Part shown: in pieces, positions 23,253-35,502 of the stretch | How the letters are laid out: each line of letters begins with the position of its first letter | Numbering within the stretch: the first letter of the stretch is position 1 | Assembly: GCF_963921235.1 (NCBI RefSeq) | Contig: NC_086108.1 | Location: forward strand, 85,500,001-85,564,000 | DNA from: Mobula hypostoma | Lineage: Eukaryota | Reading direction: 5' to 3' | DNA: 64,000 nucleotides | Notes under the pieces: generated by a model | The model's input: the letters and a program-made list of their open reading frames with translations, nothing else | What the model was told of the DNA's origin: nothing | Databases searched by the model: none | Position numbers and translations under genes: made by a program

Positions 23253-26200
23253 AAGCAGAGGTGGAGGGGTATGCCTCATGATCAACTCTTCTCGGTGCTC
23301 AAATATATCAGTGCTGTCCCATTTCTGCTCACCAGACGTGGAATATCTAGCAGTTAAGTGCCGTCCTTTTTACCTACTGCGGGAGATCTTTGGGATCATT
23401 TTGGTAGCAGTTTACAGTCCACCTCAGGCCAACGTCAAGCAGGCTTTAGATGATCTGAGCAATGGGATCAATATGGATGAAACGGCGCACCCTAACGCCT
23501 TCACCATCATTTTGGGGTATTTTAACCAGGCCAGTCTGAAAAAGTCACTAAGCAATTACCATAAGCAGATCGCTCGTAATACGAGAGGAAACAACATACT
23601 GGACTATTGTTACACCACCATCAGGAATCCCTACCATGACATTCCACGCCCTCGTTTCGGGAAGTCTGATCATCTGGCTGTACTTCTATTCCCTGAGTAT
23701 GGGCAGAGACTGAAGACTGCAGCACCAGCTGTGAGGACCAAGAAGGTATGGACAAGGGAAGCACAGGAGTGCTTACCGGACTGCTTTGAATCGGTGGACT
23801 GGACTGTATTCAGAGATTCATCTTCAAATCAGGATGAGTATGCTGCAGTTCTTACTGACTTTGTTAAAACCTGTGTGGATGAGTGTGTGCCTACAAAGAC
23901 TTACTGCACATTCCCAAACCAAAAGCCGTGGATGAACCAGGAGGTACGTCATCTGCTGAAGGCCAGATCTGTGGTATTCAAGTCTGGTGACCCAGGCCTG
24001 TACCAGGAATGATTTCCGGAGGACTTCTTCAAGGGAGAAGAGACAATTTTGAATGAAGTTGGGGGCGACATCAGATGTATGACAACTCTGGCAGGGTTTG
24101 CAAGACATTACTTCCTATAAAGCGAAACCCAGTAACATGAATGGCAGTGATGTTTCACTACCAGTTGAACTCAATGCCTTCTATCTCTGCTTTCAAAAGG
24201 GAGAATATAACTACAGCTGTGAAGATCCCTGCTGCACCTGATGACCCTGTGCTCTCCATCTCAGAGGCCAATGTTAGGCTGTCTTTAAAGAGAGTGAACC
24301 CTCGCAAGGCAGAAGATCCTGACGGAGATCCTGGTAAGGCTCTGAAAACCTGTGCCGACCAACTGGCGGTAATATTAAAGGACATTTTCAACCTCTCACT
24401 GCTAAGGGCAGAGGCTCCCACTTACTTCAAAAAAGCAACAATTATACCAGTGCCTAAGAAGAATAATGTGAGCTGCCTTAATGACTATCGCCCGGTAGCA
24501 CTCACATCCACAGTGATGAACTGCTTTGTGAGGTTGGGCGTGACTAGAGTGAACTCTTGCCTCATCAAGGACCTGGACTCATTGCAATTTGCCTATCGCC
24601 ACAATTGGTCAATGGCAGATGCAATCTCAATGGCTCTTCACATTGCTTTAGATCACCTGGACAACACAAACACCCGTGTCAGGATGCTGTTCATCAACTA
24701 TAGCTCAGCATTTAATACCATCATTCCCACAATCCTGATTGAAAAGTTACAGAACCTGGGCCTCTGTACCTCCCTCTGCAATCAGATCCTCAACTTCCTA
24801 ACCTGAAGACCACAATCTGTGTCAATTGGTGATAACATCTCCTCGCTGACTATCAACACTGCTGCACCTCAGGGGTGCGTGCTTAGCCCACTGCTCTACT
24901 CTCTATATACACATGGCTGTGTGGCTAGGCATAGCTCAAATACCATCTATAAATTTGCTGATGAAGCAGCCATTGTTGGTAATGTTACATGCTCAAGGAG
25001 ATCCGTGGTTTTTTTTGTGAGAATGATGTAATGGTCTTTTGGAGGTCACCTAATGTGATTTTCCCAACGATGTGAGGTCACGTGATGACGTGCACCATGG
25101 GTATATAAGGGAAGATCCCAGATGATGCAGTTAGTTTTCAGTTTGTAAATTTCCAGGTAGAACGTGCTGTGTCTCCGTTTCTATTGCGTGTTTGTTTTTG
25201 TGACGCAGTTTCATTTTTAAAACGGAGTGTTGTGTTCTATTGCAAGATACAATATTATTTTGGACTGGAAATTTTTGCTAGATGTGCTGATTTACTCAAT
25301 TCCAACAGTAGAAGGGAGAGTGAAGACTTTATTGAAGTACAAGATCGAAGGATCGAGAGGAGTCGGCATTGTTTAGCAGTTTAATAAAGGATCGACCTTA
25401 TTGAGTCTTCGTTGGAGGAGTAGCTACCTGCATCGGAGATAACACTTGCCAAAAAGAGCAAAGAGTTCATGCAAAGGTTTGCTCTCTCTCTAAAAGAATT
25501 TAGGGTCAGTAATTTTTAATTGTTTATTTTCGGCATTGTGAATCCTGTGGACAGAATCAGCAGGAAAGTTGAGTCCATGAAGAAATCTTTCTCCAGAGAA
25601 GTCTCTCCCAATTGAACATATAAATCTGTTGGACTTTCAAATTTACCATTTTAAGAACTATATCTGACTTTATCGCCTTAAGAACTGTTTCCGCAGTTAA
25701 CGCTTTAAGAAACCAGTGCCGAGTGACGAGTCGCTGAACGGCTGCGTACCAGTTAACTTTCGGTTAAAGTTTTCGTTTGTTTTTTTTTCCCTTATCGTTT
25801 ATCCGTGTTCAATAAATGTTTGGTTGTTTTCATATAACCTGTCTCGATTGATATTCATTGTTGCTGTTTACGTAATAGTAGAATCTCAGGTGGTGACGAG
25901 ACGGTGTACAGAGGCGAGATATGACACTAGTGGCGAGGTGTCACAGCGACAACCTGGCACTCAACGTCAGTAAGACGAAAGAGCTGATTGTGGACTTCAG
26001 GAAGGGTAAGACGAAGGAACACATACTAATCCTCATAGAGGGATCAGAAGTGGAGAGATTGAGCAGTTTCAAATTCCTGGGTGTCAAGATCTCTGAGGAT
26101 CTAACCTGTTTGCAACCTATCGATGCAGTTATAAAGGAGGCAAATCAGCAACTATACTTCATTACGAGTTTGAAGAGATTTGGTATGTCAACAGATGCAC

Positions 26201-26749
26201 TCAAAAACTTCTATAGATGTACCATGGAGAGCATTCTGACAGGCTGCATCACTGTCTGGTATGGGGGGGTGGGTGGAGATGGGGGAGGGGCTACTGCACA
26301 GGACCAAAAGAAGCTGCAGAGGGTTGTAAATTTAGTCGGCTCCATCTTGGGTACCAGCCTACAAAGTACCAGGACATCTCAAGGAATGGTGCCTCAGAAA
26401 GGCAGCATCCATTACTAAGGACCTCCAGTTTCTAGGACATGCAATTTTCTCACTGTTACATCAGGTAGGAGGTACAGAAGCCTGAAGGCATACACTCAGC
26501 GATTCAGGAACAGCTTCTTCAGCTCTGCCATCCAATTCCTAAATGGACATTGAATCCTTGAACACTATCTCACTTTTTTAATATATATTATTTCTGTTTT
26601 TTGCATGATTTTTAATCTATTCGATATATGTATACTGTAATTGATTGATTTATTATTTTATTTCTTTATTATGTATTGCATTGAACTGCTGCTAAGTTAG
26701 CAAGTTTCACAACACATGCTGGTGATAATAAACCTAATTCTGATTCTGA
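23253..26749 (+). mobile_element. Rex1/Babar LINE, long 5'-truncated copy (APE endonuclease + RT), interrupted by a solo LTR
   Basis: 'RGGGVCLMIN', 'KCRPFYLLRE', 'GKSDHLAVLL', 'NDYRPVALTS', '[16 protein letters not shown]', 'YKFADEAAIVG', 'LNVSKTKELIVDFRK'; tail 'aataaacctaattctgattctga'. Confidence 0.92.
24983..25877 (+). mobile_element. Solo LTR (895 bp)
   Basis: TGTTAC...GTAATA termini; 4-bp TSD gtaa/gtag; splits the Rex1 motif 'AIVG|RISGGDET'; TATA box (25102-25108) and AATAAA (25811-25816). Confidence 0.8.
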
Positions 26750-26805
26750 GTTACTGATGAATTTCCAAAAGATTAGGGGATAGCTAAACAACAAACAACA
26801 GCTAA

Positions 26806-26910
26806 CTCTTCCTTCAGTTAGTCCTGACAAAGGGTCTCGGCCTGAAACGTCGACTGTACCTCTTCCTAGAGATGCTGCCTGGCCTGCTGCGTTCACCAGC
26901 AACTTTGATG
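26806..26910 (+). mobile_element. Penelope pLTR mini-insert with hammerhead motif (CUGACAA variant)
   Basis: 'agtc ctgacaa agggtctcggcct gaaa cgtc gact' at 26820-26855; otherwise near-identical to 5691-5801. Confidence 0.85.
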
Positions 26911-29219
26911 AGACGATAGTTAACGTTGCTCCATTGATCACAAAGTGTAGCAAGGACAAGCCAGGAACTACTAAATACAGTTTGTGAAAGTGTATAAAGT
27001 ACTCTGCAAAACAAGAAGACATGAATAAGGTGCACTGAACAGTCTGTTTCTCTGCTATAATGTTCTGTGACTTTAAGAACAATGTGGAGACAAACAGAAA
27101 GACACTAGGAGAGAGATTTTGGAAGAAAAGACGAGAAGCAATTTGTGCTGCTGCCTCAGAGACTGAGCGACATAGGTTTGTTCCTGAACTTGCATCCTGT
27201 CTGTGTAGAGTTTCCATATTCTCTGTTGGCTATGTGGGTCTCCTTTGAGGTTTTCCAATTCTGTCCAATATCCCAAACACATATTGGAAGGTTAAGCGAA
27301 TATTGTAAAATTGCTGTTACTAGTGGAACATAACAAAAGAATCAAAGGGGACTGTGGAAAGAGTACTCAAGCATTGCATGCAAATAATGTTGGGATTGAT
27401 GGCATTGCTCTGTTGGAAGCTGACAAGGGGTATGTGGGGACCTTCTGTGCTGCAATTATGAAGGAAATAAAATGTGTTGGCTCTGAGCTACTGGACATCA
27501 TTGTTATTAAACAAATAGAGAAACTTGAAGGTTTATAGGGCATGGATGGAGGACAAAAATAGTAGAAATACTCTAAAACAATGTAGAACCAAGGCTCTTG
27601 CGGGCTAAACTTTGCAAAACTTATAGAGGGTTGTCAGAGTGAATTGCTTCTGTGTTTCTTATCTTTAAAGAGCTCAGGGTCACATAGCTGGGAATTGTAG
27701 GCCTGTTAGTGTGGGACAAATCCTAAACTTCCTTGTAAAATAGACAATTCCAGAGCATTCCGGAATGGCAGACTAATAAAGTCAAGCAAATATAGTTTCG
27801 CAAATGACAGCTCCTAGCTAGGAACTCATTACAATTTATTTTCAGGACAAGCAGTGGGTGGGTAAAGGTGCAGATGATTTTCAGATGCATGTGCTAACAT
27901 CCCACAAGATTTGTGGCAAAAGTGACAACCCAAGGGACCTGATTTGAAGTAGTAAATTGTCTTATTAATTAGCTAGGTAATAGGAAACAGAAGGTAGTTA
28001 TTAATGGTAATAACATTAATTGACTGCTTGTGACCAGCAGAGCACTCAACAAAGAGTCCCAGAGAACTCCATCATCAACAAGTGTGCTATAAAATTTTTC
28101 TGAGGGGACAGATTATTAGATATGCCTCTAACATGAGAACAGATGAATTATAAATTGCACTTATCCTATTAGTCAATGTGCCTATACTGTGCGAAAATAA
28201 TGACTGTGAAACAATTGGCAGTTTAATGCTGTGCAAGTTGCATTTTGGAAAAAATATAAGTGTGTTAATGTGACGGATCTCAGGATCTATCCTGAGTCAG
28301 GTCATAAATATTTTAAATTAAATTTTAAACTGGGCCAATGCCCTGGAATTTTTTGCAAATGGAGTTGAGCCGGCAATTTTTTTTTAGACTGAGTTATTGT
28401 TTCTGTGGCTGGGATTACAATGCTGGATTGTTCACTGTGATGGTGTGCAATGCTTTGAAATCTGCCAATAAACTCCACATCCTTAGTAGAGTAATGGAGA
28501 CTTAAATTTAGCAAGGAAATGTAATAAAAACAAGGAAAACTGTCAGTTGCATGTGGTTTGATGGTGATTGCCTTGTCTTTGTGATATGGTTATCTCTAAA
28601 GGTTGGAGGAACAAAGGAGCTTGTTTTCCAAGATAAAGTCAGGTGCACGTTGAATCAGTATCTTTTGATGACACTGTTAATTCATTCGTAGAATATGGGT
28701 GTCACTGGGAATTCAGCCTATTAATACCTATCTCTATTTCCACTTGAACTGTCAATCAATATGGAATGTGAACCATCTCCTGTTACTGTTTCATTGTCTT
28801 ATTATTGATGGATGGATCCACCTTCAGAGGAAGTGCATGCTGTGAATAAAAGTGACAGCTGCTTTAGTTCATACAAAACAACTATGATGAGACAGAACAT
28901 TATGACTTCACAACTTAAATGTACCTTATAACTGGTCTAAAAACTGGTCCACGTCTCATGCTTATCCTCCCGCTTGTCCTGCAACTGCACCTATGTTTTG
29001 TGGACACAGTGCTCACAGCAATCTTGAGGAATTGCCACCAATGCTGTCGGACAAGGTGCGGCTGACAATGAGTGGCAACTGAGCATCAGGCACCACTAGG
29101 CCTTAGGTCTCACACCACTAGATTCAGGAGTAATTATTACCATTTGACCACTGGGCTTCTGAACCAGTGTGGATAACTACACTCACCTCAACACTGAACT
29201 GATTCCACAACCTATGGAC

Positions 29220-29503
29220 AAATGAGAAAATCTTCAGATGCTGGAAATCCAAGCAACGCATGCAAAATGCTGGAGGATCTCAGCATAGCCCAAAACATTG
29301 ACTGTACTCTGTCCTGACAAAGGGTCTCGGCCTGAAGCGTCGACTGTACCTCTTCCTAGAGATGCTGCCTGGCCTGCTGTGTTCACCAGCAACTTTGATG
29401 TGTGTTGCTTGAATTTCCAGCATCTGCATAATTCCTGTTGTTTGTGTCTTTACTATAGTTGCTGCCTGGCCTGCTGGGTTCCTCCAGCATTTTGTGTGTG
29501 TTG
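29220..29503. mobile_element. Penelope pLTR fold-back element containing a nested younger pLTR (~29310-29442)
   Basis: 15-bp TSD ccacaaccta(t/c)ggac (29205-29219, 29504-29518); inverted arms 'caacgcatgcaaaatgctggagga' / 'tcctccagcattttgtgtgtgttg'; inserted in a Rex1 3'UTR. Confidence 0.85.
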
Positions 29504-29576
29504 CCACAACCTACGGACTTACTTTCAAGGGCTCTACAAACCATATTTAGTATTATTTATTTATTTATTTACTTAT

Positions 29577-30041
29577 TGCTGTTTCCGTAACAATATTTTT
29601 TTGACTAGTCAGGGTTGTTAGCCATGAGCTGAACCACCAAACCCAGAGGACCACTCTTAGTCTGGCCTCTACCCTTTGACCTGTTTGACATGGATGGCCC
29701 TACTAAGAGTCAAAACACAAGGCCCTGACTCCAGCCAGCATAGCTCTCTGGGTCATTGAATCACACAAGCCTCCAAACTCCACCAACAAGATTGTGGTCC
29801 CCTTGGAGGTCAGAATTAAATGGCCACCATCTGAGGCTGTGATATCTGTTTCTCTACAGCACTTCATTGGACCCCTGAAGGTGAGAGATCAAAAACAATT
29901 TGGTGCTGTACTGTAGAGGCAGAAATGAGGACCCTAAACCACACTTGGGGCACAGTAGAGACAATGGCCAAGGACAGAGAGAGATGGAGGATCTTCATTG
30001 CTGCCCTGAGCACCAGTGGTGTAACAGGCAGTAACTATAAC
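29577..30041 (+). mobile_element. RTE LINE derivative: inverted 5'UTR-like segment joined to a sense 3' end
   Basis: Minus strand of ~29577-29805 resembles an RTE/BovB-type 5'UTR ('cttgttggtggagtttggaggcttgtgtgattcaatgacccagagagctatgc'); plus strand ~29860-30035 encodes 'TVEAEMRTLNHTWGTVETMAKDRERWRIFIAAL'. Confidence 0.65.
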
Positions 30042-30291
30042 TACTTGTATTTATTTTTGTTTGCACAGTTTTTCTTATTTTGCATATTGGTTGTTTGTCA
30101 GTCATTGTTTGTATGTAGTTTTTCATTAATTCCATTATATTTCTTTGTTCTACTGTGAATGCCTGTAAGAAAATCTCAAGGTAGTATATGGTGACATGTT
30201 CATACGTTGATAGTAAATTTGCTTTGAACTTTGAACTGGTCAGAGTAGGCCTTGACACCTTCTTTAATCTAAAACCTGATCATTAAGTGGG

Positions 30292-30495
30292 ATACAAAAA
30301 ATGCTGGAGGAACTCAGCTGGTCAGGTAGCATCTATGCAAGAGAATAAACTGTCAGCTTTTCAAGCCAAGGCCCTTTATCAGGACATCTTGGCCCAAGAT
30401 ATAAACTGTTTATTTCCCTCTATAGATTTTGCCTGACCTGCTGAGTTTCTCCAGCATTTTGTGCGCTGCACTGGAGTTCCTCTTTCTTGTGTTTA
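30292..30495. mobile_element. Older Penelope pLTR fold-back element
   Basis: 'aaaatgctggaggaactcagctggtcagg...' is inverted relative to '...cctgacctgctgagtttctccagcatttt'. Confidence 0.75.
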
Positions 30496-33259
30496 GCAAA
30501 AAGTGTGATGTCATTTATGTGTTTTGTTGCACAGCCTTAAGCATCTGTCTTGTTTTTCATTGACATGGTGATTATACATAAGGAGACTACATGACATGTG
30601 GATTTAATACCTACCTCTCATTCCTCTTGAACTAACAATCTAATGTTTCCAAGCCATTGCCTTTTACTGTTTCATTGTCTTAGTACTGATTGACAGCTCG
30701 ATTGCCAGACCTGGTGGATGATGGGAATAAAAGTGACAGTTGCTTCAGCTCATATGAATCAACCATTTAGCTCCTGGTTATATTAGTGAAATGGGAACAT
30801 CATGATCCTGCAGACTAAGTGGTTCTTGTAACAGGTAATGGACATTTTGTTGATGCTAGTGGCATGGTAGTGCAAGGCTACTACAGTTCAGGATGTCAGA
30901 GTTCAGAGTTCAATCCCAGCATTCTCTGTAAGGTGTTTGTACATCCTCCCTGTGCAACGTGTGGGGTTTCCTCGCACAGTCCAAAGATGTAATGGTTAGT
31001 AGGTTAATTGGTCACTGTAAATTGTCCCGTGATTAGGCTAGGGTTAAGTAGGTGTGTTGCAGTCGGGTGCAGCTCGAAGGGCTGGATGCAGTGGCATAAC
31101 CGTGGCTGATGAATGGCACATGCTGCCCTCAGAGGAATGTCCTAACTGGAGAACTGAAGCCTGCCTCACCAAGTCCTTTGCTATGGAGTCTGAGTTACTG
31201 ATCTTATCGCAGAGTGGTTTTCCTTGATCAAAAATAAACTGCTGGAGGAACTCAGCACATCAAAAAGCATGTTAGGAGACAGAGGGATAGTTGATGTTTT
31301 GGTTTGAGACCCTGAATCAGAAGTGAGAGCTATACACCATATAAACAGACCCTTCGGGCCAAACTTGTCCATACTGACCAAGGTGCCTTGTTGACCTGAT
31401 CCTATTTGCCTGCATTTGGCTCATATCCATGGAAATGTTTTCCATCCATGAATTGCTCCAAATATCTTTTAAATGTTGTAATTGTATCTGACTCTAAGAC
31501 GACTTCTGCCTGCTCATACCATATAGCCAGCTCCATCTGTGTGAAAAAGTTGCCTCTTAAATCCTCTTCAAGTTTGGATCTGTGCAGTTAAGCTTCTGGT
31601 AATGAAAACCTACTGTGAGATCTCATGATTTGTGATTTGGCCACGAGTGGTCAGAACAAGCCTCATCTACTAAAGCGTCCATCAAAGGCAACAAGTTTAC
31701 AATACATCTGAACATCTCCAACATTCAGAAGCATTGTGCCAAAAGACTGAGTAAAAGAAATTTATTTCAAAGTAATTTTTTAAATCATAGTTACGTGTAT
31801 GTCACCATACACCAACCTGAGATTGATTTTCCTGCAGGCAATCACAGTAGACACAACAAAACACAACAGAATCAAACCTTGCGGGCAGGTTTGCTAAAGT
31901 TGTTTGGGAGGGTTTAAACTATTTTGAAAGGGGGGTGGGAACCGGAGTGATAGTGCTGAGGGTGAGGTGGTTGGTTTACAAGCAAAGGTAATGCGTAGTG
32001 GGACTCCTAGAATGAAGAGGCCGATGACAGGGCAAAATTGCAGTCAACAGGATGAGTTGAAATGTAAAAGGTGGACAAAATCAAAGGATGAATACAGGAC
32101 TGAACGTGTTTGAATGCGCGCAGTATATGGAATAAGGTAGATGAACTTGCAGCGCAGTTACAGATTGGCACGTATGATGTTGTATGCATCTCTGAATCAT
32201 GGCTGAACGGAGATAATAGCCGGGAGGCTAACATCCAAGGATACATATTGTATCGAAAGGACAGGTTGGAAGGTGGGGAGGGGGCATGACTCTGTTAGTA
32301 AATATTGAAATCATTAGAAAGAAGTGACATAGAGATTTCCAGCATGTGCAGATTTTCTCTTGATCATGAAATAGGGTCAGAAGGTATTGAATCGTTGCGG
32401 GTAGAGCTAAGGAACTTCAAGGGTAAAAAGACCCTGATAGGAATTATATACAGACCCCCAAATTGTAGCAAGGGTGTGGTCTACAAGTTATAATAGGAGA
32501 TAGAAAATGCATGCCAAAAGGGCAATGTTACAATAATCATGGGGGATTTCAATATGCAGATAGATTAGGAAAATTTGGTTACTGCTGGAACCCAAGAGGG
32601 GTAATTTCCAGAATGCCTATGAGATGACTTTTTAGAGCAGCTCATGGTTGGGCCCAGCTATTGTGGACTTGGTGTTATGGAATGAACCAGAATTGATTAG
32701 CGAGCTTAAGATAAAACAACCATGAGGGAAAAGTGATCGTAATATGAGCAAATTCACCCTGAGATTTGAGAAGGAGAAACTAAAGTCAGATATATCAGCA
32801 TAACAGTGGAGTAAAGGGAATTACAGAGGGATGACCAAAATTGATTGGAAACAAACACTGGCAGGGATGATGGCAGGGCAGCAATGGCTGGAATTTCTGG
32901 AAGCAATTTGGAAGTGCAGTATATACATCCCAAAGAGGAAGAAGTATCGCAAAGGCAAGTTGACACAACCTTGGCTAATACGGAAAGCCAGCATAAAAGC
33001 CAAAGGGAGGGCATATAACAGAGCAAAAGATAGTCGAAGTTAGAGGATTGGGAAGCTTTTAAACACCAACAGAAGGCAACCAGAAAAGCCATTAAGAAGG
33101 AAAAAATGGAATACGAAAGTAAGTTAGTTAATAATATTAAAGAGGATACCCAGTTTCTTCAGATACATAAAGTGTAAAAGTGGACCACTGGAAAACAATG
33201 CTGGAGAGGTAGTAATCGGGGACAAGGAAATAGTGGACAAACTGTATAAGTATTTTACA

Positions 33260-34834
33260 CTATAAGACCATAAGACATCGGAACAGGATTAGGCCATTTG
33301 GCCTATTGGGCCTGCTACGCCAATCAATCATGGGCTGATCATTTTATTCCCCACCTTAACCCCATTTCTTGCCCTTCTCCCTGCAACTTTGATGCTAGGG
33401 CCAATCAAGAACCTATCAATCTTTGCCTTAAATACACCCAATGACCTGGGCTCCGCAGCTGCCTGTGGTAACATATTCCACAAATTCATCACCCTCCTGG
33501 CTAAATAAATTTCTCCTCATCTCTGTTTTAAATGAATGACCCTCTATCCTGAGTCTGTACCCCCTTGTCCTAGACTCCCCCACCATGGGAAAAATCCTTT
33601 CCACATCTACTTTGTCTAGGCCTTTCAACATTCAAAAAGTCTCAATGAGACTCCCCTCCTCCCCTCCTCCCTTCTAAATTCCGAAGTGTACAGGCCCAGG
33701 GCAATCTAAGTTCCTCATATGGTAACCCTTTCATTCCCAGAATTATCCTTCTGAACCCTTTCTAAAGCCAGCACATCTTTTCTTAAATAAGGAGCCCAAA
33801 ACTGTTCACAATACTCAAGGTGAGGACTTACCATTGCCTTATAAAGCCTCAGCAATATATCCCTGCTCTTGTATTCTAGACCTCATGAAATGAATGCTAA
33901 CATTGCATTTGCCTTCTTCACCACTGACTCAACCTGCATGTTAACCTTCAGGGTGTTCTGCTCAAGGACTCTCAAGTCCCTTTGAATCTCAAATTTTTGA
34001 ATTTTCTCCACGTTTACAAGATAAGAGGGGTGATTGATAAGTTCGTGGCCTAAGGTAGAAGGAGTCAATTTTAGAAAACCCAGCACATTTATTTTTCAAC
34101 ATAATCCCCTCCTACATGTACATATTTAGTCCAGTGGTCGTGGAACATACGGATCCCTTCTTTGTAGAAGTGGTCCACAGCAGGGGTGATTGATAAGTTT
34201 GTGGCCTAAGGTAGAAGGAGATGTTATTAACTTCAAACTTTCTGCATTATCATTCAAAGAGTTGAACTTCATGTGCATGTAACGAGAGTGCCTTGGACCT
34301 CCAGGTGGTCCACAGCAGAGTGATTGATAAGTTTGCAGCCTAAGGTAGAAGGAGATGAGTTATACAGCTCTTCTTACATGCATGTACAGTTCAACTTTTT
34401 GTGTGAAAATGCAGAAAGTTTGAAGTTCATAATTCATCTCCTTCTACCTTAGGCCACGAACTTATCAATCATCCCTGCTGTAGACCACTTCTGGAGGTCC
34501 AAGACGCTGACCTCTACAAAGAAGGGATTCGTATGCTCCATGACCGCTGGATTAAGGGTGTAAATGTAGGAAAAATAAGTGTGCTTGGTTTTCTAAAATT
34601 GACTTCTACCTTAGGCCAAGAAATTATCAATTACCCCTCATAGTTTGCACATTTATTTTTACTACCAAAGTGCACAACCATGCATTTTCCAACATAATAT
34701 TTCATTTGCCACTTTTTTGTCCATTCTCCTAACCTGTTTAAGTCCTTCTGCATCCTACCTGTTTCCTCAAGACTACCTGCCCCTCCACCAATCTTCATAT
34801 CATCAGCAAACTTGGCAACAAAGCCATTTACTCC
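33260..34834 (-). mobile_element. CR1 3' fragment nested antisense in the CR1 above
   Basis: 'GFVAKFADDMKIGGG', 'VESVVKKANAMLAFIS'; tail (cttatggt)n at ~33260; approximate TSD atttt(a/g)ca. Confidence 0.88.
34024..34640. mobile_element. Mariner-derived palindromic MITE with five TIR copies
   Basis: TA TSD (34022-34023, 34641-34642); TIR 'gaggggtgattgataagttcgtggcctaaggtagaagg'; transposase C-terminus on both strands ('FYKEGIRMFHDHWTKYVHVGGDYVEK*' minus, 'LYKEGIRMLHDRWIKGVNVG' plus). Confidence 0.88.
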
Positions 34835-35502
34835 ATTTTGCATCAGTCTTCACTATGGCAGACATTAGCAATATGATGTAAGTTCCATAGTGTTGGGGAT
34901 CAGCAGTGTGTGAAATTGCCATTACTAGGGAGAAGGTTCTTGGTACACTGAAAAGGTTGATGGTAGATAAGTCACCTGGACCAGATGGTGTACACCCCAG
35001 GGTTCTGAAAGAGGTGGTTGAAGAGATTGTGGAGATATTAGTAATGATCTTTCAAGAATTACTAGATTCTGGAATGGGTTTGGAAGACTGGAAAATTGTA
35101 ACCATATAACATCCCAGCACATCCTTTAGTTGTGTTGCTTGCTGACACAAACAACACATTTCACTGTATGTTTTGATGTACGTGTGGTGAATAAATGAAT
35201 CAGAATCTGAATCCATTTCTGACTCATCCCCAGTTCTCCCAGCATCTATTCCTATTCATTTACCTGACAATGTTGGTGCTAGGACTCAGCATTCTCAAAT
35301 CTATCCAAGCTCCACACTCCTACTTCTCTGTCATCCTCCCACTAAATAAGCTTCTAATCTGTGTCTGCTCTTCCAAATCTGACTTCTTGTGCATCCTTAT
35401 TTTAACTTATCCATTGTTGCTGGATGTTCTCAGATACTGAGGTTCGGCACAGCCAAGAAGGGCCAAAAGGCCCGTTTCTGTGCTGTAGTGTTCTATGGTT
35501 CT

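Noticed and set aside
26669..27217. 182-aa minus-strand ORF
   Set aside because: Chance read-through across a SINE, unique DNA, a Penelope pLTR and a Rex1 tail.
34024..34640. Repeated ~35-bp units that look superficially CRISPR-like
   Set aside because: Units occur in both orientations, are mariner TIRs, and have repetitive spacers; eukaryotic context with no cas genes.
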